Part shown: positions 12,278 through 25,799 of the stretch, piece after piece
Layout of the letters: the number at the start of each line of letters is the position of its first letter
Position numbering within the stretch: position 1 is the first letter of the stretch
NCBI RefSeq assembly: GCF_037042905.1
Contig: NC_087246.1
Location: 22,320,001-22,384,000, forward strand
Direction: 5' to 3'
DNA length: 64,000 nucleotides
Origin: Lytechinus pictus
Lineage: Eukaryota
Position numbers and translations under genes: made by a program
Notes under the pieces: generated by a model
Database searches by the model: none
Told to the model about the DNA's origin: nothing
Seen by the model: the letters and a program-made list of their open reading frames with translations, nothing else

Positions 12278-15200
12278 TATCAAATCATTTACTTATTTAT
12301 ATGTCTTGACATTTTCTCATTAAAGGGGGTGGATTACTAGGGACAATGAATCTGATCTGTTCTTGCAAAATACACAGGAACCCTCACTTTGTATTTTTTC
12401 ATAGCAAATAGAATTCATCATTTCGACTTTCATAAATTAAATATAAAGTTACGTTTTATAGAAGGTTTTTGTATTTGTGTTGTTGTGTTCTACTTTGTTT
12501 TCACAATACAATTACTTGCCCATTACCTTTTCATAAATTATCTGTACTTCAATTTCATTTCTCAATGGATTAATTTGATCTAATTTTATTCTGCATTCTA
12601 ATCAAGGGTGGTTATCTAGACAATTCCATTTAGTTTTTTATGACCATCCTATTTAATTTTCATCGCTGAAGTTTAATTGTTCAAGCAATTACATAATATA
12701 TGTATGTTTTATTGGAATTAAATGAATTAATGGAATTCAAATCTGCAATTTACCTTCTGATACAGCAAATAAACTCTTGTGAAACAAACTTGATTGTGTC
12801 ACATTTTCTTTTGTTCACTTGTACATGTTTTAAAAATCTCATTATATTGCAATAAAAAAAAATCACATTGAAAACAATCACACAGGCTTTTGCTTTCTGA
12901 TAAAACGAACCCCCCCCCCTCTCCTTACAATTGAATATATAGAAATCAAAATACAAAATATTGAAAAAATATTGAGAGAAAAAAAGAATGTGCTGAAAAG
13001 TATAACATTCAACAAGATGAAAAGTTTTGGGAAGGTTAGGCCTACAGCCAAGAATTACTAGTAATTATACACAAAGCACATGTACTATGTGTAGGGGGTA
13101 ACAGAAAAATTATTTTGCCCCCCCCCCCCTTTTTTTCGGATTGGGATCAGCTGACAAGCAAAAAAAAAAAAAAAAAAAAAAAAAAATGGGGGGGGGGGGG
13201 GGGGGCCTGCCTCCCCCGTGGCGCTGCCACTGGTTCTAAATTCTCATTTTTGGGGGAAATTAAAATTTGATCATCAGGTCTTTGATACCCATATTACGTA
13301 GAATCAGTAATACGTAGGAGCCAATTTAAACAAGGCGAGATTTTGTACCAAATCTGACTTCTGAGATGTCATCATGATCATCGGTGATAGAGCAGTTTTG
13401 AGTATCCATTGGCCTATTGTCTTGAAATAACATATTTCGGTGTTAAAAAAAATCAACTAAATTGCGATTGAATCATGTCAGCTAACATTCAAAACATGTT
13501 TGCACGGAATCACAGTAATAAAAACATTATTTCTTTGAGGCCGTTTAGCAAATCTGGAACAAACACGGCGATGTGTCAATCACATATTTCACTTACACGA
13601 AAAGATACATGTGGGACTGTAGTAAAAGATTATGGAAAATTAGCGAGATTTTTCAAACTTAAAAACACTTTCTGCATGATAATATAGTTTCACATTTTTA
13701 AGATAAGGTTTAACTGATTTAAAAATACGAGTATCGGGATAAATCTCCGTACTTACGTCGCTTTGAAAGGGAAAACATCGTGGAGATCCAATCCACCGTT
13801 ACACGGACATTGCGGGAAGATTCCTAATTGCAATGCTGCAAAACACCCGATATCATAGCCGTTCATGTGCACGTGGATTTCGGCTAACATCCCGTCCGTC
13901 TGATACAACGACGGTCTCTTCTCCGGTCTCTCCTTTTTACATACGCGATGAAATGTGATCCACCGTTACAAATTTGGCCCGGACATCGCCCAAAACATCG
14001 GCGACCCACGATTAATTTACATGACATTAACATTGGTTTTCAAAGCTAATCTTTTGATGAAAAGTTGCTTACTGCCTGCCCTTTCTTTCTGACATATAAA
14101 TTTGGAAAGAATGATTTCTGACTTTTAGTTATTTACCACTTTACCGCCGTTACAGAAAAAAATAAACGCGGACATCGCATGTAACGGTGGTATGCGATGT
14201 TGTAGGAATGATTTATGATATGAAGCCTCTTTTCATTTGCTATCCCATTACTGTTTTGTTATTAAACAAATGTTGCTTTATCAATCATGGCCATTTGAAT
14301 TTGACTAAGTTTATCTTTTAATTAGATATCTTCAACTGAAAATGACCATTTTGGATGTCACACTTGGTACCCCAAAAAAGAGTCTGGACATCATCATTTA
14401 AAGTCTCACCATCAAAAATATTTGAAGTTCAACATTTTTATTTCTGCATCAAGTAATTGCTTACATAACTGCCTTCCAACAAAACCACATTGCAACATCC
14501 AAACGCCAAACACATTTTCAGGATAAAGCCAACAATTCATAGGGAACACAAAAAAGTGCTGTTGCCCCAACCCCGTGGAATGACCCAGAAGCAAGCAGTG
14601 AAAGTTTGAATTTTTTTGTCTGTTTTTATTTTTAATCTTAAGAGCTCATCTTATCCATCTTTGCATCCACACACTCTATACGTCAACCCAGGGACAAAAA
14701 TAAAAAGAAGAACCTAGCCTAGTCAGATTGAATAAAGGATGCATGTGCATCTGTTGGATGAAGATAGGGTGGTAACCATAGCAACTATGATTGTTGCCCA
14801 TCATGCCTAGGCAGGTTAACTTCCTGTTCCCCACGATGAAGAGAAAGGCCCTCCTCTCCACTTCCCAGAGACAGGGAGATTAGTCATGCTGAAGAGTCAA
14901 TTCAACAGCTAGAAACGGTTATCAAAGATCAAACAACAGTTTATACTTATTAAAAAAGACTTAATTGCCTAAAATGTTTGATCACAAAAATGTTTTTTCA
15001 CCATTTTGTTCACAGGAAGTACATATTTTTATCTCATAAAATTATTTTCATCAATTTATAGAATATCAGAAACAGAATATGACATTCCAGTGCTTTCTCC
15101 CACGAAACAAACAATTATTTCTATTAAAAAGGATATATGCTAAATTATTTGAAATGGGTTATCAATCAAGGCACAACAGAAGATAAAATTGTTTTTTTTA

Positions 15201-15613
15201 ACCATGAGTTGTTTGTGTTTTAATCTGTACAAGGAAATATCTTTTACGGCATTAAAAAAGCATGACTCAATCTAAGCACTTAGAAATAAAAACACTTGTG
15301 CAGCCTTTTTTATGATAATATCTGAAACAATAACAATTATTCATCTATATACTTTTTGTCATAAGGAATAAAAGTTACAATTTTGAGCAACTCATCATTA
15401 TCATTATGATTTTCACCACCGCCACCACCATCATCATCATCATCATCATCATCATCACTATCAACTCCCTTGAGAGGCATTCCTTAATCTACAGCCATAT
15501 ATTCAAACCTCTTCATCAAAACCAAGTCTACATCTTGTCTAGATACCGTTCCCCTCACCTCTTCTCACACATCCACATATCTCAAGCTCTCTATCTTGCA
15601 GCAACTTCATCAG

Positions 15614-15747
15614 GGTCCCGTAACACAAAGGTTAGCAATTAAATCGTACGCTTGATTTTCACGATTGATTGTACAATGTCGTCAATGGAATCAATCGTAG
15701 AAAAATGTTCTACGATCATTGCTAATGAGCTTTGTGTTAAGGGCCCC
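15614..15747. mobile_element. Harbinger-like MITE with CAG TSD
   Basis: TIRs GGTCCCGTAACACAAAG / CTTTGTGTTAAGGGCC; CAG on both sides; an inverted sister copy at 43023-43146. Confidence 0.7.
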
Positions 15748-17108
15748 CAGGTCTTTTCTTGATTTCTCTTATTCTTTCAGGGTCCACTTTTCCATTTCAA
15801 TTGGGCACTACACAAATTGCAACTAGAATGAATCATGCTGGTTAAAGCTGATCACAAAAACATAAGAGAAAGGCAGACCTTGAAATAGGAATGAGCTAAT
15901 GGTAATTGGCCAACATATAATAGGGTCCACTCTCGAGCCAGGTGATGACCACTGATTAACTTCAAGAATAGAAAGGAAGACTGACTGTGACTCATCAAAA
16001 TGACGATGCACATTGTGAAAATGGCTCTAAAATCAGGCAGATTTCAGACCCACTCTTATCACCTAGTTACCTGTGAGGACTACTTGTTTGAACAGCCTCA
16101 AATACCTAATAATTATTTCATGTATCAAGATGTCACAGGCCTATCATTGATTGTTGGATTGGACTGACCTCATTGTAGTGCAGCATTTTATAAATGCATT
16201 TCTATCCCCAATAAAAAGTTGTTATGAATAAATGAAGATTTTTTTTCTAAACCAATTACACCGACGATTTCATTTAAATCTGATGATAAAGTAGTTATAA
16301 AATTAACTTTCACCTTAAGTCATTTTCACATATTTGTTATATGCACATCCTGGTCAGTATGCAAAAAGGGTGAATGTAATCATTGATATCACCTACTTTG
16401 TACAACTTCACAAAAAAAATTGATATTGAATATTAGAATTCTTACTTCATACAAAAAAAATAGTGAGCATGTGACAACATTGACTCTCTCATTTTATATT
16501 GCCTGTGTTTCAGTGAAAATAAAGTAAAACATAAAAATGCCAGAACTTTCTTATTTTACATTTGATTTTGATGAAACTTTCAGCATTATGCTTGTTTGAT
16601 TTTTCTCTATTTGTTGAAATCAACTTTTAGCTTTAATATTAGTGTTGAGTTAATCTTCATGCCATAGAATAGCACGTCGGAGTTGGATTGTGGCCCTTTC
16701 ATGTACTGGGTGTGTGAGCATGATTATATGCAGGAAGAGTCTGTTAACTACACCAAGGCTTTCTGTAAGAGATGCTAACCTAATTTACACCTCACCAATT
16801 ATCACATGGGATATATACAGAGGCAGGAATCGGGGATAGCATTTAGATATAGGATTATATTTTGGGCAGAGAAAGTCACATCCGAATCACCTTAACTCTC
16901 CAATCTCCAAGTACTCTACATTTGACTCAGACAGCTCAACAAATCTAAGGCAGAATATACATTTTTTTTCTAAAAATGTACTAATTTAGAAACCAAAGTC
17001 AGGAAACAAATTAATGCAAGATGCAAAGTAATTCCTAAAGAGTACAGAGTGCAGGAGTATTCAGAATGCCCGTAGAATAATGCCTTCTTTCATGAAAAGG
17101 CAAACCTG

Positions 17109-17265
17109 GGGCACCGTTACAGAAAAGTTAGCATTATTAATCTCTTATTTGAAAGAGCGATTCTGATTGGTTCCTAGTCAGTCTACTGAACAAAATGAGC
17201 ATACAACAATGATCTTGATAGGCCATTTAGTAGCGATTAATCGCTAACCTTCGTGTTACAGGGGT
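17109..17265. mobile_element. Harbinger-like MITE with CTG TSD
   Basis: Imperfect TIRs GGGCACCGTTACAGAAAAGTTAGC / GCTAACCTTCGTGTTACAGGGGT; CTG on both sides. Confidence 0.6.
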
Positions 17266-20200
17266 CTGAAAAATATTTCAGGGCATCAGCAGTGCAAGAT
17301 GATAAAAGCAATATGGTACTCAATTTTCCTTTTGAAGTGTCTAGAACTGCCTACAAACTCTTCAAAGAATCCCACCTGTATGCTTTCACTGTAGGCAGTC
17401 AGCAGCATGGTCACTTCTGGCAATTAGTATGTTAAACACTTGCGACACTTGAAAGGAAGTAGGTTAATGATTTGGACGTATGCGAGGATGGCCGTTCATT
17501 TAAAAAGTTAAATGGCATGGGAAAGGGGTAATGAACAGGGGAAGGGGCAAGGGGGTGGGGTGGGCTTGACTGTCTATGAATGGTATGAAAGATGAGAAGG
17601 GTCAATCAGAAGAGGTCGAGTTAAAATATAAATAAGGGCATAGGAATGAATACATGCAGGTTAAAAAGTATGCAAGTGTTGGTCAGTGGCGTATTGATCC
17701 AAACATTTTGAGCAAGCAATTTGTGAAACATCTTTAGAATAGGATCCCCTTTTGGGATGATATGTTAGGCATGATATTCCAAGAATGATATCATATTTCA
17801 CCATTTTCTTTCCTTTGATTTCTTTAACTCTTTTTTTTTCTTGTTCATAGAACTTTTGAGGGTAAAGTCCCCCCTAAAGACCATTCCAATCTTATAGTTG
17901 TTGTTCAGTTTTCACAGCACTCTTATCCAAATGATAAATTATCTCCTTACTGTTTTACACCTTTCAGGGGGGGGGGGGGTAAGTGGTAACCATTCCTCAC
18001 TATCAGTATCATGAGGTGGTTTGAGGAAGGGGTACTGAACACTTTCCGAATTGAGAGTATAAAGTTTTAATTCGTTTCACAATACATACTGAAGTTCCTT
18101 TGAATAATGACAGGGTTAGAGGAGTGGAGCTAATTTACATTTTGTGACAATCAACCCCCTCCCCATAGATCCGCAACCAAACACAGGAAACCGCATCGCT
18201 GTGAATCATTACCTCCCGATTAGCTGTGACATCTGTCAAATTGGCAATAGGAGTCAGGTGGGTACGTCTTCTATTACACAGGGCTATGGGACAAGAGTGT
18301 TTCATGAAAATAATCAAGCTATTTTATTCAATCTATTATCTATAATTTTCAATACATCGTTTACCTTATTGTCTTATTAAATTGAATTGATTTGCTCATT
18401 TATTTATTTAATTAATTAATATTTATTTAATTAATTAATATTTATTTAATTAATTAATTAATTATTTATTTATGTTATATACTTATTTTTCAAAGGGGGG
18501 GGGGGCACCATTATTCTTTTGGACCTGCAGACAGAGCTTTGTTTGGCTCTCTCTGCATTTTATAGTGAACTTGGGCTACATCACCAAGCACCTAGATAGA
18601 AGTCAGTTTTAGGGGGAAAGGCTACTCTGTAATCTTCTATGTTTTTAGCAAATAAAATTTGTTTGATGTTTGGGGACATGACTCTGGTAAAACTCCTTAT
18701 ATGTTCAATATAGGTGACCATGTTACAAAAAAAAAAAATGAAAAAGTACATGTAGGCCTAGAGAGTGTCTTTTTTAAGGTAAAATGTTTGCAACAATGAC
18801 TGGGAGTGGTAGCCTATGTACATTATTATTATTTTCATAACTGCTCAAATCAAGATATTCTCTTTAAAATAAGAAATTCCCCCACAAAGGATTGCACTAT
18901 AATACAAATAGGCGAAGGCCAAGTTATTTCTACAGCAATAACCATCTGTAAAATAAAAATAATATAGTCATGATAAACCCTCAGGAAACAATGTACATCA
19001 AAGGTCATTAGCTATATCAGAAAGGGGCAATATGCTACAAAATACTGATCAATTGCAACAATTGTATGGTATTGTCAAAATCTGTGCCAATCAACTATCA
19101 TGCGATCAGTTACATAGCCTGAGCTATGTTTAGGTGGGGGGGGGGGGAGGGGCACTCCACTTTACACTGTCTCTACATGTACATACAGGCACAGATTTTG
19201 AATCAAATCAATGCATTTTTTCCTTTGTCAAAAAGTATTTCATTCATGTATTTCTAGATGGTTTCTTTGCTCTTTATTGAGCGATAACTCATTTTTTATC
19301 AGAATCATTTAGCACCCATCATTCAAACATTTGGTGATCATTTTATTGCATTCAATATTAGTCATTTTGTGATCTTAAGGAATATCTATTTTTAAAATTG
19401 AACAATAACCAATTTCCCCCTTATAATTATATCAGAGAAATAACAAAACATATGCAAAGTGATAGCTTTTCAATATCCTGAATTCTGAACCATGAAGAAA
19501 AGTAAACAGAAAAATTGTGATCAACCATTTTTGTACCCTTACTTTAGTTACTTATCATGCATATCAAATGGTAAAATGATTGTGTTTGATTTCAATAAAA
19601 ATTTTGATGAGATTGGAAATGGGTATATTTATCAATGTTAACAACAATTTGAAGTGTTTCCCTTATAACATTTTGTTTTTCTTACAAGACCATCAAATAA
19701 ACATAGAGTAGAATAGAATAGAATGTTTTTCAAAAAACACAAACAAGCTCTCTTTACTACAGTTAATCATTACTAACAGTCCAAACAAAAATGCAAACAA
19801 TTTAATTCCAATGATTGTGTTTTGCACTTTAAACACTTAACCATCCATTTCTTTCTATATTTTTCACTCCTACATAAATTAGTTCAACCATATCCCCCAA
19901 CATTAAGAAATAAATTATTGTTTTGTTGCACTTGAAATTGCTGAATGCCTTATCAGATAGGATTACATGTAATTGTTCTTTCAAAAATGATATGCTGTAC
20001 TTTCAACAAAATCATGAAAAGAGGGCTGGTGAATGGTATTTTGAAAGGAGAGAAAGGGAAGTGAAAGATGACCATCATTTACTTTAGGGTGTGCTTTTAA
20101 TATATTGTGAACAAATAATAGTGTGTAGTTTTGTATAGTAGCATAGTCAGGCCACTTTGCCCTCTTTTCTTATATTTTTCATCCCTTCAAAAATTACCAA

Positions 20201-22214
20201 CCCTGTATGAAAATAATGGTGGCAATATCAAAGTGCCACAGTGTCGACTCAAGTTTTTTCATTATGTCTTGTGACTATCTGGTGTACTGTATATTAAGAG
20301 ATGAATTAAAAATGGAGTAAGACCAAAATGAATAGGAATTGCTTGTATAAAACTGGACAATTATTATAGAATGGTAATGAAATTGGGCCAAATGCCAATC
20401 AGGGAAATAAAATATGAGAAATCTGCAATAATCCAGTCAAATGCTACAATTTCAGTAACTTTATATTGTTACCATAATTTCAATATTGTATAACAAGTTT
20501 ACTATTTCAATAAAGTGCATTGCTATGGTATTTTTTTTGCATCCAGCACTGTATTATTCTCCTTTTGTTATGATGCTATTTCAGCAAGTTTCCCATATCC
20601 AAAGTCGATGAATGGTCAATGCATCAGAATTACATGTAGTTCAGGGTGAAATGTTACAGCAATTAGGCCACTAGGTTGACCGATCACCATCAATGAATTT
20701 GTTACCTATTTAGTTCAGGAGAAGAAAGGGGATAAAATTACTTTTGAGCACTGGAATTTTGAGACCTCACTGTTTGTGACTGTCCAAGGGCCCTTGGCAC
20801 AAAGGGTTGCATTTAAAATCTTAAATGCAACTAGACAATCATGCGCAAGTCTTGAATGTGTGCTAATGATTGGTTGATAATTAGGTTGCACGGGTTGAGA
20901 AGTCAATGTCAAGGCATGGGATTTCAAACAATATAATTCTGAATACCAAAGGTGATATATAAAGCATTTAATAACCTGGGCTATATAATCAAAATTAATC
21001 AAACTACATTTGTTTACCAGACTACAGAGCAGAGAATGACCCCCAAAAATGAGCATTTGGATTGAAGGATTGATGTATTAATCATCTCTTGAACGATATC
21101 ATTCACAAGAATTCGATTAATCATCCTAAAAAAAAACATTGTTATACTAAGCACACAAAAGAGCTCACAAGGATTTTTTATTCTAAAAAAAAATGCATTT
21201 AATTTTGGATAAAATGACTCACAGGAGGATTGAAAGAGGAACATCATGTACAATTACTCTACATCTATCGCTTGTGTTGCCAAGCCATGCACCAATTCAA
21301 AGCCATGTTCCTTGGGCAAACATTCTTACACACAGCCATGATGTCATAGGACATTGGCTCCCTTCATAATTAACCTCAAGGTATTCAAAGCCAGCTTCCT
21401 TAAATAAGAGCACAAGTACCCCAAAGTACATGAAAATTAGAAAGACAATATCAAAAGGAGATGTTGATGATTTCAGACAATGTTTCATGATCTAACAAAC
21501 AGTGTGAGATCGGGTGGATAGGGGGGGGGGGGGTGTTGCATGAAGCAATTGTAGGTGAGTTTATTAGCAACTGTTATTGAAATCCTTGCCTCTCATTGGC
21601 TAGAGATTATTGATCACTGATCAGTAAAAATCAATGACAAGACACGTTTTAGCCTTGGTCAGCTTCTGAGGCAGGGGCAATACTAGGTAATGTTGATAAC
21701 AAGAGGGGCTACCAAGCTAGGTGACCTACTCCTCAGTATATTTTTCTGTTCTCAGTGAAAAATAGGGAAATCATATGGCATACTCTCTGCTATACTTTTC
21801 CATTCTTTTCTTTCCTTTTATTTCTCTTTCAATTTTTTTTATACAAATTATTATCATTACATTGATTTATTTATGTACATACTTTTTTCATTATGTATTG
21901 TATGCCTATTCATCTACAATCTACACATGTTTATATTTATTGATATCGATAATTATTTATTTATTCATATATTGATCAATTTATTTATTCATTCGTTCAT
22001 TTATTTTTATTATTTATTTACTTACATACTTACTTATTTATTTATTTAATATTTTTATTATCTATAATTATTTTTTGGGGGGTGATATTTTTGTATTCAT
22101 TTAATAAATGTCCACAACCACGGGGGGGGGGGGGGGGGGGGGGTGTGGGGGGTATAATCTCCCGCCCTTTCTTCCTGGAGCGCCACCTCTATTCTTGAGG
22201 CAAACCCCGTGCGT

Positions 22215-22519
22215 GGCCCATATTCTGAAGCCAAGTTTAACTTAGACCACGGTCTAACTCTGTACTAAAGTTATGGAAGCCAAAATTTTAAAAAAATATG
22301 TTAATACTGTATATCTCTTATATCTACTATTCCTTTGCTTTCATAATGAATAAAAATACTTCAGTTATCATTCCAAGACAATTATGAACAATTTGAGAGT
22401 CAAATGAGTAAATAAAGTGGATTTGTACTGTTAGGGATTTGTGCCCCAATTGGCTTTCCATAGTTAAACCACAACTTAACACCAGGGTTTAATTTAAACC
22501 CGAGTTCAGAATACAGGCC
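22215..22519. mobile_element. Harbinger-like MITE (GGCCCRTATTCTGAA family)
   Basis: TIRs GGCCCATATTCTGAA / TTCAGAATACAGGCC; internal similarity to 6065-6367. Confidence 0.7.
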
Positions 22520-23654
22520 AGTATGTAGACGTCTTTGCAATAATGAGGAGGGGAGAGGGGGGTGACTTTCTCAAGGCTTCTGGTCATGAGTCACCCATCT
22601 TGTTTACCAGACAGGAACAGGAATCATTTACTGTGCCAATACTGATTCAAGTTATTAAGGGTAAGAGCCCCCTGGATTGAAAGTAAAACACAAAAGGGGA
22701 AATAATCCAGTAAATTTATTCATGGTGAGGGAGTGCTATGACCTCCATACAGAAAAGTGTGAGACCTGATTTGAAACAGAGGATCACTGGGTGATATACA
22801 GTACACACATACATGTGCAAAATACATGAATTCCTGTAGAACAAGGAACTTTTTCAAAAATTAAGAAGATGAATACATTTTGACAACTGATAATTAGATC
22901 AATTTCAGAGTCATCATTATTGAGAAAAAACAATGATTTATTTGTAATGTTAATTTTGTATTAAGTATTCTGGAGTTCTCCTTGAAGCCAGGTTTTCTTC
23001 ATAAAGAGCGTTTATGTGGTTAATCTCCTATTCTAGGCAAAGTAAAACTGAAATTATTGGTGGGATGTTCAAACCTTATCTTAAAGTAAAGAAAAAAAAA
23101 TGAGGACAGGTCAAGAAAAATTATATTTAGAAGAGTTATGATATAATCTGCAAATTTCTTTTGCCTAGAAAGAATTCTTTATAGGAATTAGAAAGTGATT
23201 TCATATATTATGAGTCGCCACCACTGTCATAATTATAAAATAAAGCTTTTCTTGATGAGGTGTCCTACGAGTCAATTGGATTTGAAATATAAAGTTTTAA
23301 CAGCTCAGCAACATTATGCAGGTTAAGTCAACCAAGCTATTCACATTCTCCAAAGTGTTTCATTCCCATATACATTATGTACAAAGATTTGCCACTCTCA
23401 ACCCAGGAATAAAATGGCATCTGGTAGGATGCAAATGACTTGAATTTGTGATACCTGGGCAAGGAATAAATCTAAGAATTGTTAATTTTTGCACTGCGAT
23501 TTGCCCTTGAGATCGTGGCATTGGTTATGATGATCATGGGATGAAAATTATGTAATAAAAAGTGTAAATCATTCCATTTTATCTGTATGGAAAAAAAAAT
23601 TACACACAAGCAGGTATATTCTACAAAATAGATATTACCATTATTTTTACTTAC

Positions 23655-23712
23655 CACTACAAAGAGCATGGTATACACTGCAACAGCTGCATGACCTGAT
23701 GGGAAGGATCGT
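23655..23712 (-). CDS. PLPP1: PLPP coding exon 4, containing motif C2 (SFPSGH)
   Basis: RRSFPSGHAAVAVYTMLFVV; CCAG acceptor, GTAAGT donor; 58 nt, phase 2 to 0. Confidence 0.95.
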
Positions 23713-24338
23713 CTGGTAGAGGTAATTGAATAAAAGAAACATTGAAAATATTCATTATTTAACAAGAAAGACAAAATAACTTTCTCATCAAAATGATTCA
23801 TTTTGAAATATGAATGATGTTTTGAATAATGTATACATGTAGCTAATCAAGCCTTCTTCCATTGTCAGACAGAATGTGCACTACTTTTAAGAAAAAAAAA
23901 ATCCAAAACAGTTCTAATCAGGAACCAAACACATATGAGAAAATAACCCACAGCATGTCTTCATTTGTAATGGTAATAAAATCCCCATCGACTTGGGTGA
24001 TTTCAAATATGGTGTCCATTTCAATTATGGAGTTTCCATGACAGTATATGCTAACAAGTGTTAATATTTTTGAGAACACGAAGAGAAAAATTGAGTTCCA
24101 TGCCAGAATTTGGTTTAGAAAATGACACTTGATTATATTGATGACACTTGATTACATTGATGAATGCATAACATCAAATGACGACAATTCCAATACCAGA
24201 TTTGATTCAAATCGGGTGTTTTGCCTAGGGTTTCTTTTGCCCCAACATCGACATCAGTTTTGAACTTGAAATCACACAATAGAGACTTTGAATGTATTTT
24301 TGACAAGAGAAAAATAGCAAGGGGCTTGGTCATTTCAC

Positions 24339-24673
24339 CTGGCTTCAAGCATCCTCTTTGGGTCCTCTGGCATGCAGACATCATCCATGATGTAGATTTG
24401 GCGAGGTCCTTCAGAACAGGTAAGGTTGTTGAAGTCCGGCTGGCAGATGTCTAGGAAGTGAGGACGAAGACGCCCGACCACGTTCTTTGTAATGTCAAAG
24501 GTCGTCATGGTTACAAGGAGACCAAAAAAGAAGACAGCTGTGTAGCGGATGATCTGGTAGAGTAGAGGAGGGATGACCACGCCGCCGCAGCACCGGTTGT
24601 AGGTGTCAGGGGACAGGTAGTCTAGGTCCTGGCGCTTGCGGTAGGCGAAGATGACAATTTCTGTGGTGATCAT
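24339..24673 (-). CDS. PLPP1: PLPP coding exon 3, containing catalytic motif C1 (KNVVGRLRP) and the extracellular loop with an NLT sequon
   Basis: DITKNVVGRLRPHFLDICQPD matches KxxxxxxRP; ACAG acceptor, GTGAAA donor; 335 nt, phase 0 to 2. Confidence 0.95.
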
Positions 24674-25399
24674 CTGTAATGAGTGATAAACAGGTGTTTA
24701 ATCATATCACTGTCCATGTATTAAATTCCAATATTTTTAGGGGAAGGACACTTTTCTATATGGCACATAGATATCTACAATACAGCATGAAAGGAAACAT
24801 TTTTAAAGGGCACAAAAATATCAAAGAAAGGGGCTTCGAGGTCAATCAACAGGCCATTCAAGATCCTGAAATCTGATGGCCTTGGATTAGAGGTAAAAGA
24901 AAGTAGTTGCAGCAAACAATTATTTCATGAGAAGGTCTTTAAAACCAAGGTTAAATGCCACCATAATATCATAGATCTAGTTCTGATACGTTGAAATAAA
25001 CTTATCTTTGTGAAATCATGAAATCTTAGCTGAATTTTCTGAAAACCATTAATTCTGATGATCCCTAACACAAAAACGCATGTGTGGGACAGTGTATTCA
25101 TATTTCAGAAAAATACCAGACTTTATAATGGAATTCTGTGCTCATTTTGCTCATTACACATTTTTTCCAGAGCCATTTGGCACAGATTTTTTTGATTTAT
25201 ACATACAAACACATTGGTGGTCATTTTATTGGATTCTGTTCGAACTCATTTAGAGATCGCTACAACAACTAGTATTTATCTTTAATCCATGCCCGACTGT
25301 CTTTAGTTGCCAGTGTGAATTAATAATTACCAAAAATATTCAAAATACAAACCTCCCTTCTTTCCTGTAGAAAAGGGATGTTTTTTGCTCAGAAATATA

Positions 25400-25799
25400 G
25401 GCCCACATTCACAAAGATGGTTTTGAAAACCATTGGTTGAACCCATGGTTTAAATGCAGATTTCCTGTATTAATTACACCTACATGTAATTTACTGCATA
25501 TACTGAAAAGTGTCCAATGCTGATGCATGCTTTTGTCACAGTGCGCCATATTGATGCCTGTAGCGGTAGTTATCCACTATTTTACTCATGAGTCCATTAT
25601 TTTGAACAGTGGAGTCATGAACAAATTAGCATACTTAACCATGGCAACAGGAGTCAATTTGGCACACTCTGACAAAAGCGCGCATCTGCATTGGACATTT
25701 TCAGTATCCATGGTAAATTAAGCATAAGTTATACAGGAAATCTGCATAAACCATGGGTTCAACCGATGGTTTTGAAAACCACTTTTGTGAATTCATGCC
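25400..25799. mobile_element. Palindromic MITE with long (>150 bp) inverted arms
   Basis: ATTCACAAAGATGGTTTTGAAAACCATTGGTTGAACCCATGGTT is mirrored at the other end. Confidence 0.75.

Larger units (their letters stand above)
9725..14586 (-). mobile_element. 4.86-kb internally deleted DNA transposon, Sola2-like, inside PLPP intron 4
   Basis: 25-bp TIRs GGGTCATTCCAYGGGGTTGGGGCAA (24/25 match) and an exact 4-bp TSD AGAA (9721-9724, 14587-14590). GRG termini with a 4-bp TSD fit Sola2. Confidence 0.8.

Noticed and set aside
9907-14190. CRISPR-like array from the recurring CCACCGTTACATGGACATC motif
   Set aside because: Spacing is irregular (hundreds of bp), the context is eukaryotic, there are no cas genes, and the motif lies inside a TIR transposon.
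15823-16011. 62-aa ORF as a host exon
   Set aside because: No fitting splice phases; GSRVDPIICWPITI looks at best like a decayed CR1-type RT segment, too weak to annotate.
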